A stretch of 64,000 nucleotides of DNA. It comes from a virus. Lineage: Duplodnaviria > Caudoviricetes. This document shows positions 47,047-54,977 of this stretch, in pieces; the stretch's first letter is position 1; each line of letters starts with the position of its first letter. The translations under genes were made by a program, and so were the position numbers. The DNA lies in the IMG/VR virus record IMGVR_UViG_3300032092_000001. One strand, 5' to 3'. Under the pieces are notes generated by a model that saw only the letters and a list, made by a program, of their open reading frames with translations, was not told the origin of the DNA and searched no databases.

Positions 47047-47384
47047 AATACCTAATCACCGAATCACAACGAGATAAAGCCGTATTCAAATACTTGGATA
47101 ATCAAGATTTTGAAATATCTAAAATTGGTGCCAGTACATACTTTAAACACCCTGATGATGACGGGTTTGCTCAAATTAAATATGGTGGTAATCACGCTAA
47201 TAATGAATTGTGTTTTATCTATATAGATTTAATTAAAGAAATTTCTTCCTTCTTTTCTCTTAACGATTATCAATCTACCAGAGCTGTTGGACAATGGGTT
47301 AAGAAAACCCTGAACTTGGAGGGTCAAATGTCCAACAAGATAATGCAACTCAAATCGTCATTAAAAATACCAACTGAATATTAA
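47043..47384 (+). CDS. ITESQ-YLDNQDF family paralogue 7
   Basis: MKYLITESQRDKAVFKYLDNQDF...WVKKTL...IPTE. Confidence 0.8.
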   Translation: MKYLITESQRDKAVFKYLDNQDFEISKIGASTYFKHPDDDGFAQIKYGGNHANNELCFIYIDLIKEISSFFSLNDYQSTRAVGQWVKKTLNLEGQMSNKIMQLKSSLKIPTEY

Positions 47385-47420
47385 TTTGTAGTTCCACAAT
47401 TTTTGTCGTATCTTTGGCTT

Positions 47421-48020
47421 ATGGTAACAGATAAGATAAAACAATACATATTCAAACGTCTATACAAAGAGTTAGGTAATGCGGAAATAATTCCATACAA
47501 TAATTCCATATGGTTTATTGATAGAAATGAAAGGTATTGGTATTTTGAACTTGAAAATAACGGAAATCTTTATTGGAGATATAATTATTTTACAAATTTT
47601 TTCTCTTGGTTCTCTTTGGAACCTAATCAGTTTGAACCAATTATATCTGAATGGGTGGAAGAGGTATTAAATCATAAGGTATCCACAACAGGAAACCAAG
47701 GCCATGATAGCGGATTCTGGGTGGAAGATGTATTAAATCATAAGGTATCTACAACCGTCCCCTACTTGACCATTGACAATGTCCAGGTGGAAAAGGTATT
47801 AAATCATAAGGTATCTACAACATGGTCAGGTCACTCAACCCAACCAAATATGGTGGAACAGGTCTTAAATCATAAGGTATCAACAACTATTCCTGTGAAT
47901 TTGGGAATGGGTCAGCGGGTGAAATATGTCTTAAATCGTAAGGTAGAAACAACAAAAAGCTTTGGAGCTCCCAAGCACTTTCAGGTGGATAAGGTATTAA
48001 ATGAAAACCCCACTGAGTAG
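47421..48020 (+). CDS. Divergent family member without the ITESQ leader, carrying an in-frame 22-aa repeat array
   Basis: Start MVTDKIK after TATCTTTG; VE.VLNHKVSTT five times plus a partial copy, separated by unrelated 10-mers. Confidence 0.75.
   Translation: MVTDKIKQYIFKRLYKELGNAEIIPYNNSIWFIDRNERYWYFELENNGNLYWRYNYFTNFFSWFSLEPNQFEPIISEWVEEVLNHKVSTTGNQGHDSGFWVEDVLNHKVSTTVPYLTIDNVQVEKVLNHKVSTTWSGHSTQPNMVEQVLNHKVSTTIPVNLGMGQRVKYVLNRKVETTKSFGAPKHFQVDKVLNENPTE
47654..48002. CRISPR. CRISPR-like array inside a CDS: 5 full 36-nt repeats, 1 partial repeat, 5 unique 30-nt spacers
   Basis: Consensus GGTGGAANAGGTATTAAATCATAAGGTATCNACAAC at 47654, 47720, 47786, 47852, 47918 and partial at 47984; exact 66-nt period; no cas genes in window; repeats degenerate. 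Confidence 0.5.
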
Positions 48021-48069
48021 CGAATTCAATGGGGTTAATGTAGCCTAAACTACAGCGGTCCTAAGCCCG
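48006..48069 (+). ncRNA. Twister-ribozyme-like core (incomplete match)
   Basis: TAATGTAGC (48036) and CGGTCCTAAGCCCG (48056-48069) match twister conserved blocks; hairpin AACCCCA/TGGGGTT; the P2-GA-T1 strand was not found. Confidence 0.3.
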
Positions 48070-48096
48070 TTTCTTTAATGTTTTTATAGGTCCATA

Positions 48097-48510
48097 TTAA
48101 TTACTCTTCCCTGTTCCTTTATGTATTAATCTTAAACAATCAGGTGATATGTTATCAAATGTAACTATATGGTGTTTGTAGTCACCACCCTCAAAATGTC
48201 TATCTTTATACCAAGTAACACCCGCACATTCTGTATTAATTACCCATATATCATCGTCGTAAGTTGAATCAAACATTTGTTTCTTATCAAATGAATCTGT
48301 CGCAAATATAGATGGTTTACATTCCACATCACCTCCCACATGTTGTTGGTAACAATCCCCCACATACGTTTGTAAACCTGTAAGTTCTATGTTCTCTCTC
48401 CATATAGGGTTTGATTTGTGAACTACAAATTTACCAGGTGTATATTCATCTCCTGATGGAGAATATATTTCTTCCCTTAATATTCTTCTTATTGTTTCTT
48501 GTAGGTTCAT
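48097..48510 (-). CDS. LQE-leader protein with ADP-ribosyltransferase-like fold
   Basis: HKS...NI..TGL...IFAT...IWVI...I.P..L pattern of H-x-S/T ART (Tpt1/DarT-like) families. Confidence 0.45.
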   Translation of the reverse strand: MNLQETIRRILREEIYSPSGDEYTPGKFVVHKSNPIWRENIELTGLQTYVGDCYQQHVGGDVECKPSIFATDSFDKKQMFDSTYDDDIWVINTECAGVTWYKDRHFEGGDYKHHIVTFDNISPDCLRLIHKGTGKSN

Positions 48511-48511
48511 A

Positions 48512-49039
48512 TTACATACTTTTTTTAATCCTGTCTCCAACTTTTTGAAAGAACTCTAATAAATTTTCTTCAAGTTCTTCATTAAATTCTACATAGTCAT
48601 CACCATCGTGTAAGTCAAATGAATGAACGTTATAGTCCTCATCAGTATACATTGTTACATAATATTCTTCACCATCAATAAAGAATTCACCAATATGTTT
48701 ATATTCAACTGGGTCTTCGTCCCACTCTTGGGTTTCGTTATAAATGAATTTTACATCATAATCATCAACAATATCATTAAATTCGTAACCTGAATCAATA
48801 CTCACAATATCTTCCAATTCGTTGTCAGTAATATCTTGTGATTTATTATGTAAATATTTTTTTTCGGCCTTGGTTAATGACTCCATTCCGAATTGATTAA
48901 TTTTATCTAAAATACGATTGGTTAATTCATCATTTTCATTGATGACCCCCATCATTGATTTTATTCTTGATATTTGTTCTTGTAGTTTCATATTAGTCTC
49001 CTCTTTAAGTATTCTTCTTATGTGTTCTTGTAGGTCCAT
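48512..49039 (-). CDS. Protein with double leader and DUF6576-like helix pair
   Basis: MDLQEHIRRILKEE then MKLQEQISRIKSMMGVINE; RILDKINQFGMESLTKAEKKYL. Confidence 0.65.
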   Translation of the reverse strand: MDLQEHIRRILKEETNMKLQEQISRIKSMMGVINENDELTNRILDKINQFGMESLTKAEKKYLHNKSQDITDNELEDIVSIDSGYEFNDIVDDYDVKFIYNETQEWDEDPVEYKHIGEFFIDGEEYYVTMYTDEDYNVHSFDLHDGDDYVEFNEELEENLLEFFQKVGDRIKKSM

Positions 49040-49040
49040 A

Positions 49041-49913
49041 TTATTCGGAATATAAATAAAAAAAGAATTTAAATGGGAAATAACTTGTGATAGTTGAACC
49101 AATTTCTTTAATAAAGTTTTGTTTTACCTTATTAAAATTTTTGGGGTTATCTATTGCGAATTGTCTATCATAAAATATATGAACGTTATAACCTCCAATC
49201 CTTTCATCATATTCAAACTCAACACGTTTAACTGCCGGTATTTCAAGTGTGTTAATTAAACGTGCAGCTTTCTTTTCAAAATATTCTCTTTTACTTTCAG
49301 TTTCTTCCCTTAATACTCTAACAATACTTTCTCTCATAGGACTGTAACCCATATTGTCATCTAACCTATCATCCATATCTTGTCGTAGTTTAGGTAAAAA
49401 ATTATCCATTATAATTTCATATACACTTGGTAAATAAACTTTTTCATACCAACTAAGTAAATCATCCACATTACTAAAACCCTCAACTTCGTCAAGTTGT
49501 TCGTAGTAATCTCCACCTCCTTCAATCTCAGCAATAAGGGTATCATTAGAGGTATCAACCAACGAATACCAATCAGTTTCAACAGGAGTCCACGTCATAC
49601 CATCCCAAAAAGGAGTCGCCATTACCCATACTGTTTCAACCATATTAGGTAAGAAGTGTTCCCCATAAAATTTACCTTCCCAATAAACAACACCATCAGA
49701 ACTTGTTGAAATCTTAAATTCTTTATATTCTGTCGGTAAATTTCCGTTATTAATATTTTCAATTATTATTTCATTAGCCAACCCAATATTAGATTCAATT
49801 CTCATCCCAACCATTTTCACAAGTTTGGTTAATGGAATACCCAAAGCTTCTTTGGTTTTCCAAAGACCTAACTCATCAATTAACTTTAATATTTTATCTC
49901 TTCCTTTAGTCAT
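49041..49913 (-). CDS. Two-domain hypothetical protein
   Basis: Internal MRESIVRVLREE leader-like junction. Confidence 0.7.
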   Translation of the reverse strand: MTKGRDKILKLIDELGLWKTKEALGIPLTKLVKMVGMRIESNIGLANEIIIENINNGNLPTEYKEFKISTSSDGVVYWEGKFYGEHFLPNMVETVWVMATPFWDGMTWTPVETDWYSLVDTSNDTLIAEIEGGGDYYEQLDEVEGFSNVDDLLSWYEKVYLPSVYEIIMDNFLPKLRQDMDDRLDDNMGYSPMRESIVRVLREETESKREYFEKKAARLINTLEIPAVKRVEFEYDERIGGYNVHIFYDRQFAIDNPKNFNKVKQNFIKEIGSTITSYFPFKFFFYLYSE

Positions 49914-50967
49914 TATTACTTAATCTTTTTATTTCAGCATTACGAAGTTTCTTTAAATACATATCTTCAATATACCCAGGTTCATTACCTTCATATCTTA
50001 ATAAATCATTTCTTTTAAACAAAGTTCCTTTCATAATAAACTCAATCATCTCATCTTGAGTAACTCCTTCAGGTATTTCAGTAACTGGTGGGACACATAC
50101 ATCAACTCTGTCTGTAAATGATAATTCATCAATAGATATATCATCCCTACCCATTTCATTTATTACATTATCAAAAAAATTATCTTCAAACCATTCTTCA
50201 ATTAAGTAAATAAGATAATTTTTTCTAATAGGTATATAGTTTAATATATCATTAACAAACTCTTTGGGTATAGATAAAAATGACTCCATGAATTTTCTTT
50301 CAGATGTTGGTCTTCGGTCATCAGTTTCTTCAAAAAACAATGCTAAATTCATCATTTTTTTACCATTTTTACAAAACTCAATATCGTGTCTTGTTTTATA
50401 ACTTTCAGTGTGATACATATTCATATCTGAAAAAATCTTATTCAACCTATCTAATATAAGTTTTTCAGTTTTCTCATTTGGTTTCAAGAATTTCCTACTT
50501 ACTTCTTCTTGTAATACTTGTCTAATATGTTCTTTCAAAAAATTATTCTCATTCATATCTTCTTTCTTTTTTGTTTCAACTGGTTTGACTTTGAACCAAC
50601 TAAATGATAAATATTTTGGGTATTTACCTCCGTGTATTGAATTGAATACCGATAATAGTATTTCTTTAAGTGTGTCAAGCCAACCGTCATTTATACCAAC
50701 CAAATCTCCAAAAGTGTATTCATCATAATCAGTTCCAAATTCAGGTACTGGTGAGTAATCATTGTATTTTCTCCATTGTTCACCTATCCAATCAGCATCA
50801 ACATAAATGTCACCATCCATATACAAATAATTCATGTTGTCATTTAATCCAGCACGAAATATTTCAATACCTTCAAACCACCAAGGGAAATTTTGGGATA
50901 GTTTCTTATTCAATACTTTATTGAATATTTTTAATTGTGGTTCGGTTAAATTAAGTGACTCTTTCAT
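49906..50967 (-). CDS. Two-domain hypothetical protein
   Basis: LNLTEPQL N-terminus; internal LKEHIRQVLQEE junction. Confidence 0.7.
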   Translation of the reverse strand: MKESLNLTEPQLKIFNKVLNKKLSQNFPWWFEGIEIFRAGLNDNMNYLYMDGDIYVDADWIGEQWRKYNDYSPVPEFGTDYDEYTFGDLVGINDGWLDTLKEILLSVFNSIHGGKYPKYLSFSWFKVKPVETKKKEDMNENNFLKEHIRQVLQEEVSRKFLKPNEKTEKLILDRLNKIFSDMNMYHTESYKTRHDIEFCKNGKKMMNLALFFEETDDRRPTSERKFMESFLSIPKEFVNDILNYIPIRKNYLIYLIEEWFEDNFFDNVINEMGRDDISIDELSFTDRVDVCVPPVTEIPEGVTQDEMIEFIMKGTLFKRNDLLRYEGNEPGYIEDMYLKKLRNAEIKRLSNND

Positions 50968-50978
50968 TGTATAATTCT

Positions 50979-52196
50979 TCAATCTTCTTTATGTATACCT
51001 TTATAATATACATCATATAATACTATTTCATATAAATTATTAAATATGTATTCAGGTAATTCCGAGTAGGCCAAGTTTATAAGTCCGAGATATTTTCTAT
51101 CATTATCAAATCTTTCTCCTGTTATACCACCCTCACCAAAATACTGAATTTCGTAATTCCTATTCCCATTGTTAGTCTTAACGCTATACATTAAAGACAA
51201 CATCTTATCACCACTAACATAATCACTTAACCATTGTGATACCACATGTTCGGCAGTATCATCTAAGAATTGGTATTTAACACCTTTAGGTAGTGCGTCT
51301 AAATCAAACTTCCTTCCTAATTGATATGGACTTAAATTAGACATATCTAAGAAATTAAATAGTCCTTGTTTTTCAATAAGTTTTAATGCCTTACTCTCAC
51401 TTTCTTGAAGAGGTTTCTTTTTCTCTTCATACCACCATTTACTTTTGTTATACGACTCAAGTGTTTCAGTATTGAAACTAATTCCAGCTTTGAATTCAGG
51501 AAAGAATTCACGAATAACAGACCTAACATTACTCAAAGTATTATGAAATCTATCTGACTCTTCACCTGAAAACGAACCTTTCATTAAAACGGTAACATGA
51601 CATTGTGTTCCATAATCAGTATTGTAGATATTAACCTCAACGTCGTGGAAATTATCAGTAAGAATACTTTTATCAAATCTTGCTTTAACAAATGATGCGA
51701 CTATTTTTTCTAATTTACTATTACTATCCATAGAGCGAATTGACTCATCATTACTTTCACTAATAGTCGTGTCTTTAGGAGTAATTGCAAAATAAACGTT
51801 GAAGCCGGCTATTTTAGTATTCAATCCAAGTTTTGTCTCAAGTATATCTTCTAACCTGTGTTCAAATGTATAGATATCCGCAGTTTCAAATAATTCCTTT
51901 GGTAATTTGTGATAAACTTGTATACCATAATATATATAGAAATTATTAACCTCATCATAATCACTACGACTTTCCCTGAAATACTTATTTAGTTCAGGTT
52001 TTAACTTAATGATAACTCTACCTTCCAATGCATCACCAACTACCTCAATACCATTAACTCCGTAGACCGAATCTAAATAGGGATAATCTTTAATCAGTTT
52101 TTGAGCGTCTTTTACAATAACTTTTTCAAGTCCTGTAAAGTCACCAGTCTTCACCTCTCGTGATTCGGTCAAAACTTTCCTGATTAATTCTTTCAT
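50979..52196 (-). CDS. Three-domain hypothetical protein
   Basis: MKELIRKVLTES; internal TISES and PLQES junctions. Confidence 0.7.
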   Translation of the reverse strand: MKELIRKVLTESREVKTGDFTGLEKVIVKDAQKLIKDYPYLDSVYGVNGIEVVGDALEGRVIIKLKPELNKYFRESRSDYDEVNNFYIYYGIQVYHKLPKELFETADIYTFEHRLEDILETKLGLNTKIAGFNVYFAITPKDTTISESNDESIRSMDSNSKLEKIVASFVKARFDKSILTDNFHDVEVNIYNTDYGTQCHVTVLMKGSFSGEESDRFHNTLSNVRSVIREFFPEFKAGISFNTETLESYNKSKWWYEEKKKPLQESESKALKLIEKQGLFNFLDMSNLSPYQLGRKFDLDALPKGVKYQFLDDTAEHVVSQWLSDYVSGDKMLSLMYSVKTNNGNRNYEIQYFGEGGITGERFDNDRKYLGLINLAYSELPEYIFNNLYEIVLYDVYYKGIHKED

Positions 52197-52282
52197 ACTT
52201 AATAAATATATCATTTTTCATTTGATTTGGAAGTTTAAATTGTATACATTTGTAATGTAAAATCTAAATAACAATATAAACT

Positions 52283-52531
52283 ATGGCAAAAAGTTCAGCA
52301 AAAGGTCGTTACGTCTGTAAGGTAGGTTTCTATGATGTCTATGCAAAAGACAATCTAAAACCAGCAAAAGAAAGTAAAAAGAAATGGATTATTGGTGAGG
52401 TTATCTCAACCGATTACATCATTTATCACTCCAAGAAATTGGTAGAAAAAGGACTCCACACAAAAGAACAAGCAGTTAATAAAGCTAAAGAGCTTTTGGG
52501 AGTTAAGTACCGAGACGTGTACGGCCTGTAA
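52283..52531 (+). CDS. Basic hypothetical protein (host-type promoter)
   Basis: TACATTTG at about 52245. Confidence 0.65.
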   Translation: MAKSSAKGRYVCKVGFYDVYAKDNLKPAKESKKKWIIGEVISTDYIIYHSKKLVEKGLHTKEQAVNKAKELLGVKYRDVYGL

Positions 52532-52543
52532 GAATAACAAAAG

Positions 52544-52570
52544 AAAACCCTCATTTAAGAGGGTTTTTTT
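52544..52570. terminator. Bidirectional terminator
   Basis: AAAACCCTC-ATTTAA-GAGGGTTTT. Confidence 0.8.
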
Positions 52571-52937
52571 ATTTAAAGTAATAATTAAATATCTTACAAT
52601 CGGGACTTAAATTCATTAAGTCAGGAAACATAATATCCCCGATATCATTATTATCAATATGTGAGATATGTAATTCAGTGAAGTATTTCGCATACTTCTC
52701 ATATGTTTTCTTACCTCCAATACACCAATCCACATCTGTAATCTCTTTGTCTCTCTCATCAACAATTACCTCTCTATTATTTAGTTTTGGTAGGTTTGTT
52801 GACGTATTATAACCAACAAGTAATCTTTGGTTTAGTGTTTGTTTCACAAAATGTGACATATCTTGTTGGGATTTCCATAACAACTCATTGTTCACTCCGA
52901 TGTATCCCAAATTATTAACCGCAATAATTGATTTCAT
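52569..52937 (-). CDS. folA: Dihydrofolate reductase (short form)
   Basis: IIAV...IG.NN.L.W..D..HF, VG..T..LP.L.NR, IGG...Y, GD..FP. Confidence 0.85.
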   Translation of the reverse strand: MKSIIAVNNLGYIGVNNELLWKSQQDMSHFVKQTLNQRLLVGYNTSTNLPKLNNREVIVDERDKEITDVDWCIGGKKTYEKYAKYFTELHISHIDNNDIGDIMFPDLMNLSPDCKIFNYYFK

Positions 52938-53944
52938 TATATTGTCTCCGCACTTTCTGAAAAGATTATTTCCCTAACCAAAGGACAATTCTGTTTAATA
53001 TTGTTTTCAAAGAATATCTTGAAGAACTCTTTATCCACAAAACTTATCATCTGTTTTTTATACTGTAACTTAAAGTCTCCAACTTTTTCAAGAACATCAA
53101 CTTTATTTACAACCAAATGAGTCACTCCATTAATGTTTGCAGCTTTAATTAAATCATCCAGGTTAGTCCAACCAATCTGTCTTGGTCTTCCTGTGGTTGA
53201 CCCATATTCATTACCAACTTCTCTAATCATCTCAAATGTTCTACTTGGTTCCTCAAATTGCTTGGCTCCAACATACGTGTTATATGCTTTACATACACCA
53301 TAAACCTTTCTAATCTTTTGAGGTGGAACTCCATTAAGAACAGCACTTCCAATCGTACAATGTGATGATGTAACATATGGGTAATCCCCCCAATCAATAT
53401 CAAGTTCAAACCCTTGAGCACCTTCAAACAAAATCTTTACATCATTTTTACCATGGAATTCCTCATAGATATCACAGACATATTGCTCAAGTAATTCGGC
53501 GTTCTCAACTCTCACACCTTTACGATAATACTTATCACGATAAGCCGGTCCATTACCTGTTTTAGTCGTTCCAATCTCTTGGTCTTTGGAGTCCTCGGTT
53601 GTGTGTTCAGGTCGGATAATGTGAGCTCGTTTATCAATAAACAAATTACCCATAACTTCAATTCCATTTGCCTCAAGTTGTTGTATTTCATGGAATAAAC
53701 TAATCGGATTAACCACACAACCTGGTCCAATAATTGACTTAACACCGTTTACAATTCCCGATGGAATAAAATGTGTCACCATCTTTTTACCTTTCTTGTA
53801 TATGGTGTGACCAGCATTACCACCACCATTATATCTCACAACATGTGTGTATTCATTTGGGATTTGACTTAAAGTATTACATACCTTACCTTTCCCTGTG
53901 TCCCCCGCTTGGAGGTCCACAATTACATCCGCATAATTAATCAT
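52937..53944 (-). CDS. purA: Adenylosuccinate synthetase (short form)
   Basis: QAGDTGKGK, GGGNAGHT, EGAQG..LD.D.G.YPYVTSS, GSTTGRPR, NKVD. Confidence 0.88.
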   Translation of the reverse strand: MINYADVIVDLQAGDTGKGKVCNTLSQIPNEYTHVVRYNGGGNAGHTIYKKGKKMVTHFIPSGIVNGVKSIIGPGCVVNPISLFHEIQQLEANGIEVMGNLFIDKRAHIIRPEHTTEDSKDQEIGTTKTGNGPAYRDKYYRKGVRVENAELLEQYVCDIYEEFHGKNDVKILFEGAQGFELDIDWGDYPYVTSSHCTIGSAVLNGVPPQKIRKVYGVCKAYNTYVGAKQFEEPSRTFEMIREVGNEYGSTTGRPRQIGWTNLDDLIKAANINGVTHLVVNKVDVLEKVGDFKLQYKKQMISFVDKEFFKIFFENNIKQNCPLVREIIFSESAETI

Positions 53945-53994
53945 ACCCAATATTAACAATAAATTAATTAACTTTAAAGTATATTTATCATATT

Positions 53995-54672
53995 ATGGCG
54001 GATAATAAATTAGTTCAAAAACTCTATAACACACTTATTAAAAACAACAAAGTTAATATTGGTGGGTTAACCTACAAATCAGAATATGATGAGTCAAAAA
54101 ACTTAATTAATATATACATTTCAAATCCAAATAACTTATCATACAATCCACATGTAGTTATTGAATTTTTTAATGACGTAATATCTTTTTTTACTGAATT
54201 TATACCACCACAATCCACTTCAGGTCCTTCAAATTTTTACTACTTAAAACAATTTTTTAAATTCTACTTTGATGAGGTTAGCATAAATGAGGTGTATTTA
54301 AATAGAGTTGATACAAGAATAATGATGAGTTTAGTTTCAGACATAACTAACATTAGGTATGGTGATTTTGATTCTGAGGTAATATCTGAATTTATTGACT
54401 TAACATCTGAGGGTGATGGAAACAGAATACAAATTAAAATTCAGATAACTGACTCTCACTATGACGGTGAGCCGGCGGAAACTAACAAAAGATTATTTGA
54501 TATTTTGGATGTCTTATTCAATGAAAAATCATTCTCTGATTACCTTGATAACAAATACGACGCAGCAATGGACTATATTTGGGCTAATACTTTACTAACT
54601 AATAAAGAATATATGTATCTTGATTTAGATGTAATGTTTTACGACCCTAGCGGAAAAAGAATAAGGTATTAA
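53995..54672 (+). CDS. Hypothetical protein
   Basis: 225-aa ORF, TATTTAT at 53982. Confidence 0.7.
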   Translation: MADNKLVQKLYNTLIKNNKVNIGGLTYKSEYDESKNLINIYISNPNNLSYNPHVVIEFFNDVISFFTEFIPPQSTSGPSNFYYLKQFFKFYFDEVSINEVYLNRVDTRIMMSLVSDITNIRYGDFDSEVISEFIDLTSEGDGNRIQIKIQITDSHYDGEPAETNKRLFDILDVLFNEKSFSDYLDNKYDAAMDYIWANTLLTNKEYMYLDLDVMFYDPSGKRIRY

Positions 54673-54974
54673 ATTAATAATAATAAGTTCTTATTCTTAG
54701 GACGGTAATCAACATAAACTTTCATAAAATGAAGTTTCTTAGTTGAGAACACTTCGGTTAATGATTTAATTTCTTCGTATAACTCATCAATTATCTCGTA
54801 TCTATAAAGATATACCTGAATTGGGAACTCCTTCATTGGGAATATTAATTTGAAGTAATCGTCATTCATGAATTCTAACGATACACAACTAACAGGTAAA
54901 TTATGTTTATCAACCACATAATCTTTAATGTATTTTAAAAAGGCAATATCCTGTTTCTTTAACTCATTAATCAT
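54669..54974 (-). CDS. Hypothetical protein
   Basis: 101-aa ORF in operon. Confidence 0.6.
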   Translation of the reverse strand: MINELKKQDIAFLKYIKDYVVDKHNLPVSCVSLEFMNDDYFKLIFPMKEFPIQVYLYRYEIIDELYEEIKSLTEVFSTKKLHFMKVYVDYRPKNKNLLLLI

Positions 54975-54977
54975 TTG

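Noticed and set aside
42049-47384. Diversity-generating retroelement acting on the paralogue C-termini
   Set aside because: No reverse transcriptase or invariant template repeat in the window, and differences between the closest copies are not confined to adenines.
47654-48002. Canonical CRISPR-Cas locus
   Set aside because: No cas gene or non-coding leader nearby, and the repeats are more variable than in active arrays; reported only as CRISPR-like.
52937-53944. PurZ (Z-genome, diaminopurine) instead of PurA, prompted by GDTGKG
   Set aside because: The catalytic Asp is retained (PurZ has Ser), and the TTGR substrate loop and NKxD guanine-specificity motif are PurA-type; no DatZ/MazZ seen in the window.
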